Assembly: GCA_002269645.1 (NCBI GenBank)
Contig: NIVC01000449.1
Coordinates: forward strand, 124,001-188,000
Length of the DNA stretch: 64,000 nucleotides
Source: Macrostomum lignano
Lineage: Eukaryota
Reading direction: 5' to 3'
A model generated the notes under the pieces. The model was not told the origin of the DNA, ran no database searches, and worked only from the letters and a program-made list of their open reading frames with translations. This document shows positions 53,700-64,000 of this stretch, piece after piece; within the stretch, counting starts at the first letter, position 1, and the number at the start of each line of letters is the position of its first letter. The position numbers and the translations under genes were made by a program.

Positions 53700-55915
53700 T
53701 TGGCGCCTCTTGACACTCATTTTGGCGCCTCTTGACACTCATTATTGGCGCCCCTGGACACTCATTATTGGCGCCCCTGACACTCGTTTTGGCGCCCCTG
53801 ACACTCGTTTTGGCGCCCCTGACACTCGTTTTGGCGCCCCTGGACACTCTTGTTGGCGCCCCTGGACACTCATTATTGGCGCCCCTGGACACTCATTATT
53901 GGCGCCCCTGACACTCGTTTTGGCGCCCCTGGACACTCATTTTGGCGCCCCTGGACACTCATTATTGGCGCCCCTGGACACTGCTGTTGGCGCCTCTTGA
54001 CACTCAGTTTGGCGCCTCTTGACACTCATTATTGGCGCCAATGGACACTCATTTTGGCGCCTCTTGACACTCATTATTGGCGCCACTGGACACACATTAT
54101 TGGCGCCTCTTGACACTCATTATTGGCGCCCCTGGACACTCATTTTGGCGCCCCTGGACACTCATTTTGGCGCCTCTTGACACTCATTATTGGCGCCCCT
54201 GGACACTCATTTTGGCGCCCCTGGACACTCATTTTGGCGCCTCTTGACACTCATTTTGGCGCCCCTGGACACTCATTATTGGCGCCCCTGGACACTGCTC
54301 TTGGCACCTTGGGACACTCATTTTGGCGCCCCTGGACACTCATTATTGGCGCCCCTGGACACTGCTGTTGGCGCCTCTTGACACTCAGTTTGGCGCCTCT
54401 TGACACTCATTATTGGCGCCACTGGACACTCATTTTGGCGCCTCTTGACACTCATTATTGGCGCCCCTGGACACTCATTTTGGCGCCTCTTGACACTCAT
54501 TTTGGCGCCCCTGGACACTCATTATTGGCGCCCCTGGACACTGCTCTTGGCGCCTTGGGACACTCATTTTGGCGCCCCTGGACACTCATTATTGGCGCCC
54601 CTGGACACTGCTGTTGGCGCCTCTTGACACTCAGTTTGGCGCCTCTTGACACTCATTATTGGCGCCACTGGACACTCATTTTGGCGCCTCTTGACACTCA
54701 TTATTGGCGCCACTGGACACACATTATTGGCGCCTCTTGACACTCATTATTGGCGCCCCTGGACACTCCTTTTGGCGCCCCTGGACACTCATTTTGGCGC
54801 CTCTTGACACTCATTTTGGCGCCCCTGGACACTCATTTTGGCGCCTCTTGACACTCATTTTGGCGCCCCTGGACACTCATTTTGGCGCCCCTGGACACTC
54901 ATTTTGGCGCCTCTTGACACTTATTTTGGCGCCCCTGGACACTCCTGTTGGCGCCCCTGGACACTCATTTTGGCGCCTCTTGACACTCATTTTGGCGCCT
55001 CTTGACACTCATTATTGGCGCCCCTGGACACTCATTATTGGCGCCCCTGACACTCGTTTTGGCGCCCCTGGACACTCATTTTGGCGCCCCTGGACACTCA
55101 TTTTGGCGCCCCTGGACACTCATTTTGGCGCCTCTTGACACTCATTTTGGCGCCCCTGGACACTCATTTTGGCGCCTCTTGACTCTCATTTTGGCGCCCC
55201 TGGACACTGCTGTTGGCGCCTTGGGACACTCATTATTGGCGCCCCTGGACACTCATTTTTGCGCCTTGGGACATACATTATTGGCGCCCCTGGACACTCA
55301 TTTTGGCGCCTCTTGACACTCATTATTGGCGCCCCTGGACACTCATTATTGGCGCCCCTGGACACTCATTTTGGCGCCTTGGGACACACATTATTGGCGC
55401 CTCTTGACACTCATTTTGGCGCCCCTGGACACTCATTTTGGCGCCTCTTGACTCTCATTTTGGCGCCCCTGGACACTGCTGTTGGCGCCTTGGGACACTC
55501 ATTATTGGCGCCCCTGGACACTCATTTTGGCGCCTCTTGACACTCATTATTGGCGCCCCTGGACACTCATTTTGGCGCCCCTGGACACTCATTTTGGCGC
55601 CTCTTGACACTCATTTTGGCGCCCTTGGACACTCATTTTGGCGCCCCTGGACACTCATTTTGGCGCCTCTTGACACTTATTTTAGCGCCCCTGGACACTC
55701 CTGTTGGCGCCCCTGGACACTCCTGTTGGCGCCCCTGGACACTCATTTTGGCGCCTCTTGACACTCATTTTGGCGCCTCTTGACACTCATTATTGGCGCC
55801 CCTGGACACTCATTATTGGCGCCCCTGGACACTCATTTTGGCGCCTTGGGACACACATTATTGGCGCTTTGGGACACTCATTTTGGCGCCCCTGGACACT
55901 CATTATTGGTCATTA
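53700..55915. repeat. 22-25-bp minisatellite (~2.2 kb) with GGCGCC core
   Basis: Unit TTGGCGCC(CCTG/TCTT)GACACTCAT(TAT)T. Confidence 0.97.
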
Positions 55916-56594
55916 TTGGACACTAAAACTAGACAAAAAAAATTTTCTATTCTAATCGGTGACAAATTCCTACAAACTTGAAATGGAAGCAACTCGTGCG
56001 GCAGATTGCCAGGCTGCAGATGAAGCTAAGTTTCTGCCTGACTCTGTTGATTATCTGTGTTGCCATTGGAAACCATCTGTTTACTTTTCAAAATCAACTT
56101 TATGCTTTGCTTTGGATTATTAAGATTAGAAAGTCTTTGAATTGAATTGATAAAAAAATTGCTTGCAACTGCAACAAGGGGGCGATTTGAGAAGAAGTTT
56201 CTTATCTTATTTTTGTGAGCGGACTTCTTTTATCAGTTGGCAGCTCCCGATTTAACCGCCTGCTCTGCCTCTCCCAGCACCGTTGTTTTGCTTTTAATTG
56301 GTTTATCATTCGAAAGCTTTCAAAAATAAGTATAGGGACCCACGGACTCAATCTGTTTTGGAATCGACTTGACTTCTTGGACAATTTTACGACAAGTACG
56401 TGAGATCTGAAAATGTGATTCAATACTAATGATTCGCTGTTTATGACTCATAGTATGATCTTCAGTTTATTTAGGACACAAGTCATCTCAGAAAAAATCT
56501 ATTTGAGACTATTATTTTTCAAGACAATTAATTCAATACAGTTTATTTATTCACTTGAAAAAATCTTTTGAGACACAATTACTCGTAATTAATC

Positions 56595-57010
56595 GTTTCT
56601 CTCCCTTTTCTCCCACTCTCTTCTCTGTTCTCTCCCTTTTCTCCCATTCTATTCTCTGTTCTCTCCCTTTTCTCCCACTCTCTTCTCTGTTCTCTCCCTT
56701 TTCTCCCATTCTATTCTCTGTTCTCTCCCTTTTCTCCCACTCTCTTCTCTGTTCTCTCCCTTTTCTCCCACTCTCTTCTCTGTTCTCTCCCTTTTCTCCC
56801 ACTCTCTTCTCTGTTCTCTCCCTTTTCTCCCATTCTATTCTCTGTTCTCTCCCTTTTCTCCCACTCTCTTCTCTGTTCTCTCCCTTTTCTCCCACTCTCT
56901 TCTCTGTTCTCTCCCTTTTCTCCCACTCTATTCTCTTTTCTCTCCCTTTTCTCCCACTCCATTCTCTGTTCTCTCCCTTTTCTCCCACTCTCTTCTCTGT
57001 TCTCTCCCTT
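56595..57010. repeat. 31-bp pyrimidine minisatellite
   Basis: Unit TTCTCCCACTCTCTTCTCTGTTCTCTCCCTT. Confidence 0.93.
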
Positions 57011-57222
57011 TTCTCCCTCTCTCTAATTCCCTCTCTTTCACTAGCTCTTTCTCTCTTTTCTCTCCGTTTTCTCTATCTCCTCTCTATTAGCTACCTCTCT
57101 CTCCCACCCTCTCCCTCTCTATTCCTTCCCGAGGTTCAATATACGCAAGAAACGCTGGAAGAACGCTGCAAACGTTCACAAAAAAGTAAAAATGAAGCCA
57201 TTGCGCCTTAGTATGACATCAG

Positions 57223-58329
57223 TTTTCATCCTATTTTCAATTTCTCAAACTTACCAAAAGGATTGGTCAAACAAGGAGACAGATCCAGCGTTTACGAGTA
57301 AAACAGCTCAAAGAAACGGAAAAATTTGAAAAAAAGGTGCAAAGACGAATTAAAACAAATAAAAGGCTTAAAAAACAGATGATCAAACAAAACGCTTACG
57401 AAGCCGTGAAGACAGGAGACATCCAAGAGCTGCAATATCATCTGCAGCTGCAGCAAAGCGATAAAGACAGAACACACTTTTGCAAAACATGTTTGGAAAT
57501 TGCCGTCAAGGAGTGTCAGTTAGAGGTGGTGAAGTTTCTGGTGCAGACAGTCGCTGACCAAACAAAAAGAGATCAGTGCTGCATGGAGGCAGCGACTTCT
57601 GCTGTATCATTTGGTGGTCAGTTAGAAGTAGTGAACTTTCTCGTGCCGACAGTCGCTCACCAAACAAAAAGAGATCAGTGCTGCATCGAGGCTGCTAACT
57701 CTGCAACAGAGAAAAATGAGAGAGAAGTGGTCGAATTCATCATTTCGTGTCTCTCAAGTCCGGATCACAAAGCAAATCTCCAGTGCGCAGTCTTGTCTTC
57801 ACGAATATGTTGTTGCCTCCCTCGGCCTCGAGCCCGACTGGCTCTTCCAATCCAGCACCATCCTCAGCTTCACTGCGGCAATGGCCATCGAAGGCAGGAA
57901 CTCTGTTCTCACCGACACCCTCTCTCGAATGCAGCCAGCTCACATCACACAGCTACTCCGTCTCTCCATCTCTCAAAGACACGTCGCTCTTGCTGTCACA
58001 CTGATCAAAGGTGAGCGAGTCAGCACAGAGCATGTCGATCTGCCAGACAGCACTGGAGCCACTGCTCTCATGCTGGCAGCTGATGCAGGTCATCACGAGC
58101 TCATTGAGAAACTCATCGATCTCGGTGCGTCAGTGCGTGCTGAAGACAATCAGGGACGGACTGCTCTGTCACGAGCGTGCGAAGCCGGTCACGTGCGAGC
58201 AGCCAAGGCTTTGATGGACAGAGGAGCGGATGCGAGTCATCGAGACGGTCGGGGTCTGACGTGTGCGCAGGTGGCACAGCGATTTGAGTAGCGGCAGGTG
58301 CTGCAAATCTTGAATCCCAGTGGAGCTGG
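57223..58329 (+). pseudogene. Ankyrin-repeat exon with a frameshift and a premature stop
   Basis: Repeats LEIAVKECQLEVVKFLV, GATALMLAADAGHHELIEKLIDLGA, GRTALSRACEAGHVRAAKALMDRGAD. Frame switch near 57790; TAG at 58289-91 followed by RQVLQIL; donor GTGAGT at 58330. Confidence 0.8.
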
Positions 58330-59194
58330 GTGAGTGAGGCGAGAGTTTTGCGAATCTTTTCAGCACTCTAGGGTAATAGTGTTTGATGTAACCGCCTTTC
58401 ATGACCGTCTGCTCAGCGGGGAGGAGAGCGACTGATCATATAGGGCAATGACCGTAGGCTGCCTATGACCCGGCAATGACCTGACGGACCTCCAGCACCA
58501 GACTGTCCCGCTCACATGACTGATAGCGTTTAATAAAATAATAATAAGATAAACAAGATAAAAGATAAAAGATAAAAAATGTGTTTAACCCATTTAAGAT
58601 GTTTCGAAACAACCCATGATTTAATTGCCAGAAATTAAAGCGACTCTCCGCTCACTGCGCTCTGCAGGCAGCCAACCTGCAGTGACGACCACGGCGTGCG
58701 GTGTGCGGCCTGCACAGGACACGTGCCATGCGATCCAGTGCTGCAGCAGTTTCTGTGAAGACAGAGTAAAAAACTACTTCCATACAATAATAATGAAGTT
58801 CACCTCGTTCGAGCGACCAGACCGAGCTCGACCAACGAGCTCAGAGTGAACTTCAGCTTCCATGAGAAAGACACAATGAGACAGCTGGGCACAGTCCAGG
58901 GCCAGCTGTTCACACTCATCAAGTTCATCTTCAAGAGACACTTGCCGCTCCCTCTGGACACACCTGGACTCAAGACCTACCATGCAAAAACTCTGCTCTT
59001 CACAATGCTGGAGCTCTTCACAATGCTGGAGCTCTTCACAATGCTGGAAAAGCATGGCACATATTCGTACAATTGCGGTAATGAAGCTTGGCATTGTGGT
59101 AATCTGATCGCTCCGCTCAAGGAGTCTCTCGACTTGATGCTGAGCTTCATCGACTCGAGCAGCTCGCCCGATGAGTGCATGCCGCACTTCTTCA

Positions 59195-61482
59195 CAGGGG
59201 CGTAGCCAGAGGGGGGCAAGGGGGGCCGCGCCCCCCCCCCCCAATCGGCTGACCAAAACTTTGTGGCGCCCCTCCCTTATGAGCGGATCTTGGCCGTTAC
59301 TAAGTTGACGGGAGCTCAGCGCTTTGCACAAGAGCCGGGGCAGAGGGGGAGCGCCCCAAGACCATGGGTGGAGGCTCTAGCCCCCAAACTCTGCCCCAGG
59401 GCCCACGCAGAAGAGGCTCGAGCTAACCCTGGCAGGGTTAGAACTATAAGGGAGTGGGGGTGAGAAACGCAGATAGACAAAGATCGTGCACTTTAGAGGC
59501 AGAGGGGAGTGCCACGCGCGTGCCGAGAATGTACATAGTAGCAACTTAGGCGGCATGGGAGTTAAACTCTAGGTTACTTCACTCTTGAGTCTTGGTTTCC
59601 TACGGACAGACAGAAACTTTTCTGTGTCTTTGTGCCCTTACTACTTTACTGTGGCTAGCTTATTGTGTCTTTGTAGGGACAAGCACAAGTTCCACCTGAA
59701 TTATTAACTCGCAAGGCGAACAATTGAGGCAAAATTTTTATGGAGAGTAGGTACTATAAAAAAATTATACGCCCCTGGAGAGGCTCTCCAAGCTTCTCGA
59801 AACCAGAGAAAAAATTCCGGGGCTGAAAATCGTCGTCAAAAGAAAGCAAAGCTTCTAACAGCTAGCGCATCAGGCTGCCAAAAGCTAACATCTATGTTAA
59901 AGGCTGTCAGCAAAACTTCTGACTCTGGTCTTGCGTCTGGCGCTGGTGATAGAGCCCATTCTGCCGCTGATGGCGCCCATTCTGCCGCTGATGGAGCCCA
60001 TTCTGCCGCTGATGGCGCCCATTCTGCCGCTGATGGAGCCCATTCTGCCGCTGATGGCGCCCATTCTGCCGCTGATGGCGCCCATTCTGCCGCTGATGGC
60101 GCCCATTCTGCCGCTGATGGCGCCCATTCTGCCGCTGATGGCGCCCATTCTGCCGGTGACGGCGCCCATTCTACCGCTGATGGCGCCCATTCTGCCGCTG
60201 ATGGCGCCCATTCTGCCGCTGATGGCGCCCATTCTGCCGCTGATGGCGCCCATTCTGCCGCTGATGGCGCCCATTCTGCCGCTGATGGCGCCCATTCTGC
60301 CGGTGACAGCGCCCATTCTACCGCTGATGGCGCCCATTCTGCCGCTGATGGCGCCCATTCTGCCGCTGATGGCGCCCATTCTGCCGCTGATGGCGCCCAT
60401 TCTGCCGCTGATGGCGCCCATTCTGCCGCTGATGGCGCCCATTCTGCCGCTGATGGCGCCCATTCTGCCGCTGATGGCGCCCATTCTGCCGCTGATGGCG
60501 CCCATTCTGCCGCTGATGGCGCCCATTCTGCCGCTGATGGCGCCCATTCTGCCGGTGACGGCGCCCATTCTACCGCTGATGGCGCCCATTCTACCGCTGA
60601 TGGCGCCCATTCTGCCGCTGATGGCGCCCATTCTGCCGCTGATCGCGCCCATTCTGCCGCTGATGGCGCCCATTCTGCCGCTGATGGCGCCCATTCTGCC
60701 GCTGATGGCGCCCATTCTGCCGCTGATGGCGCCCATTCTGCCGCTGATGGCGCCCATTCTGTCGGTGATGGCGCCCATTCTGCCGCTGATCGCGCCCATT
60801 CTGCCGCTGATGGCGCCCATTCTGCCGCTGATGGCGCCCATTCTGTCGGTGGTGGCGCCCATTCTACCGCTGATGGCGCCCATTCTACCGCTGATGGCGC
60901 CCATTCTGCCGCTGATGGCGCCCATTCTGTCGGTGATGGCGCCCATTCTGCCGCTGATGGCGCCCATTCTGCCGGTGACGGCGCCCATTCTGCCGGTGAT
61001 GGCGCCCATTCTGCCGCTGATGGCGCCCATTCTGCCGGTGATGGCGCCCATTCTGTCGGTGATGGCGCCCATTCTGCCGCTGATGGCGCCCATTCTGTCG
61101 GTGATGGCGCCCATTCTGCCGCTGATGGCGCCCATTCTGTCGGTAATGGCGCCCATTCTGCCGCTGATGGCGCCCATTCTGCCGGTGATGGCGCCCATTC
61201 TGCCGGTAATGGCGCCCATTCTGCCGCTGATGGCGCCCATTCTGCCGCTGATGGCGCTAAATTTTTCATTACGTTTCGCATCTTTTTTGTTTGTTGGTGG
61301 CCTCTTACCATTCCATGGTGGAGTAACCCCTTGAACCGCAAAAAGTGTGATCTATATCCGTAGATGGTTTTAAGAGTCATACAAAGTTGGTGCTCCCGGT
61401 AATGGCGCCCCCTCCCGAATAATATGGCGCCCCCCATAGCCGCGGCCCCCCCCCCCAAAGAAAAATCCTGGCTACGCCACTG
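59195..61482. mobile_element. Non-autonomous hAT element (2288 bp) with 8-bp TSD
   Basis: TIRs CAGGGGCGTAGCCAG and CTGGCTACGCCACTG; TSD CTTCTTCA at 59187-59194 and 61483-61490. Removing it restores CAC TTC TTC ATG CCC (HFFMP). Confidence 0.93.
59940..61256. repeat. 21-bp minisatellite inside the hAT element
   Basis: Unit GCTGATGGCGCCCATTCTGCC. Confidence 0.97.
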
Positions 61483-62639
61483 CTTCTTCATGCCCGACGC
61501 TCCGCTCTACTTCAAGAACGCTGGAATCGGCGGCGACTTCGACAGCACGAAGGCGAGGGTTCGAGACCGACTTTGTGAGCTGAGAAGCGACATCGGCGGA
61601 GTGGCCGAGCAGCTGATGAGACTTGTGAGACCTCTGCAGTCAGAGAAGTTCTACTTTCACCCGTTCACTCTGCTGCCTCTGACAGCGCCGCCTGCTGTCA
61701 CGGAGATCAGGGAAGAAACTGACTATCGAGAAAGGTACTACAAGTTCGTAGATGTGTACAGTGTGGTGCACCAGTGTGTGAGCGAGCTGCAGTCGGAATC
61801 GAGCGACAGAGACACCCTGATGAGGCAGCTCAGTCTCCTGCATGAGCTGCAGTGGTGCAAGTGCGCCACCCTGTGCATGACCGCCATGGCGCATTTGAAG
61901 TTCGGAGAATCTGAGGAGGCTGAGAGACTCGCGATGGAGCTGCAGAGACATCAGGTTCACTCAGGGTTGAAGTCACAGGATATTCAAGAGAGGAGCTGGA
62001 GAAAGATAGAACTGCCAGAAGACTCAGACTAGGCATGGAGGTTCTGCCTCCCCTGCGACTCTCCGCCTCTCTTCCCATTCCTTCCCGAGTTCACGCAGAC
62101 TCTGTTCACAGCCAGACTGTCGCAGCCTCTCTCCTCCCACCTGTACGTGAACTTCCGCTGCCTGAGCTGGAGTCTCCAAGCTGAGCTGCTCCGCAATCGC
62201 GCACCTGCAATTAAACTGGATGATTGGAAGCGAGAGCTGGAAGAAGACCCAGACTTGGAGGAGCTGCTCACTCTGGCTCACTACAGCGACTGCCGCGAGC
62301 ACGTGGAGCTCAGCCTGCAGCAGATAGAGATGATCGAGGAAGAGAGACGCGTCGCCATGGAGATGTAGGACGAGGAGAAGATCGGCTGGGTCAGGCAGAA
62401 GCGGGAGAGACTGAAGAAGCGGCAGAAATACAGGCCATCCGGTAGATTTCATATTTAGGAAAACTGTGCATTCATGTGTAGATATTGTACAAATATGTGC
62501 CATTATAATACGCGTGATTTTTGTACATGTCGAATGACCACATGCGCTAAACATGTAATGGGAGCTCGATCTACATGCACATGTAGCTCATGTGCTCGAG
62601 CTACACGCCAAAATGACTCTAGGTAAGAATTTTTTGTAA

Positions 62640-63400
62640 ACTGTAGTAATACATTTTTCCAGCTGATTGCAGACTTTGCCTAATGCATGGTTTTTGCTTA
62701 AACTGTGTGCCTGCACTAAGAAGTAGTGCTAAGAAATTATTTCCAGCTGTTTGGATACTCTAATGTTGATTCGAATCCGGGTCGAGCAGTGGGGATACGT
62801 TATCTTTTCTTCGCGGTTTAACAGTAAATTACTGAGAAGCCGTCTGCAACTGCTGACTTCATGCAGAGATGAAATTTTTTAAATTTGTTGTTAATGTCAG
62901 TAGATTTTTATTATAAAACTTTTTTGTAATCCTATATACCAAAAATGAAATGTCTGTGTGTGTAGCTGTGAGATGTAGCTAACCATTTTTCTTTGAGGAA
63001 AAAGAATTTTATTCTAATAAACTCATGAGGATCCAACAGCTGCATACGTACCATCTGCACAAACTACATGTACTTCATTCAAACGAAAACCCTATTCGGA
63101 CAGATTTCGAAAATTGTGACACTATCACGACATGACAAAGCTGTGTTTTCACGGATTTTTTTTAGCTTAATAGAGTTTGAGATGGTCTTTATCCGTGGGA
63201 AATACTTAATAAGTGAGTCATTCAAGCAGCTCAAAATACAATGGAGCATTCGAGATACCGAAGTATGCACTGGTACAAGGGTACTTCCATGTACATGTAT
63301 TGCTGCCTTACTGCTGTCTAATTCTTCAATGAATGAAACGATGGAGTCACTGTTGTTTACCGCTTCAACTTAATATTACGAGTACAACGTCATTTAAAAA
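62640..63400 (-). pseudogene. Possible degraded MULE-type transposase remnant
   Basis: Minus-strand fragments DSVTIF...VVCADGTY (63061-63044) and a downstream (G/D)FE motif match the MULE DDE-domain order (xxDGT[FY]..DFE); many stops and frameshifts. Confidence 0.4.
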
Positions 63401-63889
63401 TTCTTATAGTCACAAAAGATTCAATGCGACGCAAAATCTATCTTATAATATAACTGATAAAGATATTTATTTTTAGCACAAGATTTGATTCATATCTTGC
63501 ACAAAGAGACTATTCTAGCTTCTGCTCTATGGAATTAAGCTTGTTCACAATGGTACAAACAGAAAAAAATGGTGATCAAACGGCTTCTCCATATGATTTC
63601 GTCTCTCTGTATGAGTCGATAGTTCAGTTGCGATAGATCAAAGCATGTAACCTACACACTGATACCTCGTATGCAATTACGAGTATATTTCGAGTATTGA
63701 AGCTTAAAATAAACAAAATTGCTGAGTGAAACAGGAGGAGAACCAAAATCATAGGATAAAAGAAAAAGCAAGGAAAGGCAGAAAAAAATTGCGAGGGCAA
63801 AACGCGCTGCTCAGACCATCGCGCACGCACGTAAAAGGCCAACCGCGCCCAGCACCCCACGCACCCCCACCCCCCACACGGGAGCACGA

Positions 63890-63990
63890 GAAATGCCCGC
63901 AGACAAATTGCCCGCCGAGATTTGCCCGCAAGAGATTTGCCCGTGGAGATTTGCCCGCCGAGCTTTTCCCGCCGAGATTTGTCCGCGATG
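63890..63990. repeat. Short 13-15-bp degenerate repeats, possibly transposon subterminal repeats
   Basis: GAGATTTGCCCGC-like motif x6-7 at the window end. Confidence 0.7.
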
Positions 63991-64000
63991 CTTTTTTATT

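Larger units (their letters stand above)
58632..62458 (+). pseudogene. Mab-21/cGAS-like (cGLR) C-terminal domain plus helical extension, disrupted
   Basis: DTCHAIQC..EVHLV..ELRVNFSFHEKDTM..TLIKFIFK..GLKTYHAKTLLF..W..GNL..PHFF|MPDAPLYF follows the Mab-21 C-lobe pattern. Disruptions: frameshift at the A6 run (~58768), hAT insertion 59195-61482, in-frame TAGs at 62030 and 62366. Confidence 0.75.

Noticed and set aside
58289-62368. Stop-codon readthrough or recoding, since three internal stops are all TAG
   Set aside because: The same locus has frameshifts and a transposon insertion, TAG arises readily from CAG/TGG, and the caspase uses TAG as a normal stop.

Overview
Repeat-dense animal genomic DNA with spliceosomal GT-AG introns. 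The style resembles a free-living flatworm such as Macrostomum, but that is inference only. Host genes are all on +: a 2-exon PWWP + LEDGF/IBD chromatin reader (PSIP1/HDGFL2 family, 20232-23495); a complete 4-exon TMEM26-like gene (30967-36681); a 2-exon caspase with a degenerate N-terminal caspase domain followed by an intact one (39220-41617); a second TMEM26 copy with exons 2-4 only (43229-46693); and a disrupted ankyrin / Mab-21 (cGAS-like) locus (about 57223-62458). Mobile DNA: a 6.3-kb hAT-type (hATw-like) element with 16-bp TIRs, a 7-bp TSD and a 6-exon transposase ending in a Spin/Tudor-like domain (6115-12454); a decayed Gypsy RNaseH-integrase fragment; degraded piggyBac, hAT and MULE transposase remnants; a tRNA-derived SINE; and a 2.3-kb non-autonomous hAT with an 8-bp TSD inserted in the Mab-21 exon. 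More than 15 mini/microsatellite arrays, many with 20-24-bp units, explain most long low-complexity ORFs. Best leads: the tandem pseudo-caspase/caspase protein, the headless but apparently selected TMEM26 duplicate downstream of the caspase, the transposase with a histone-reader-like domain, and the ankyrin-Mab-21 locus. All comparisons were made by eye; no database searches were run.
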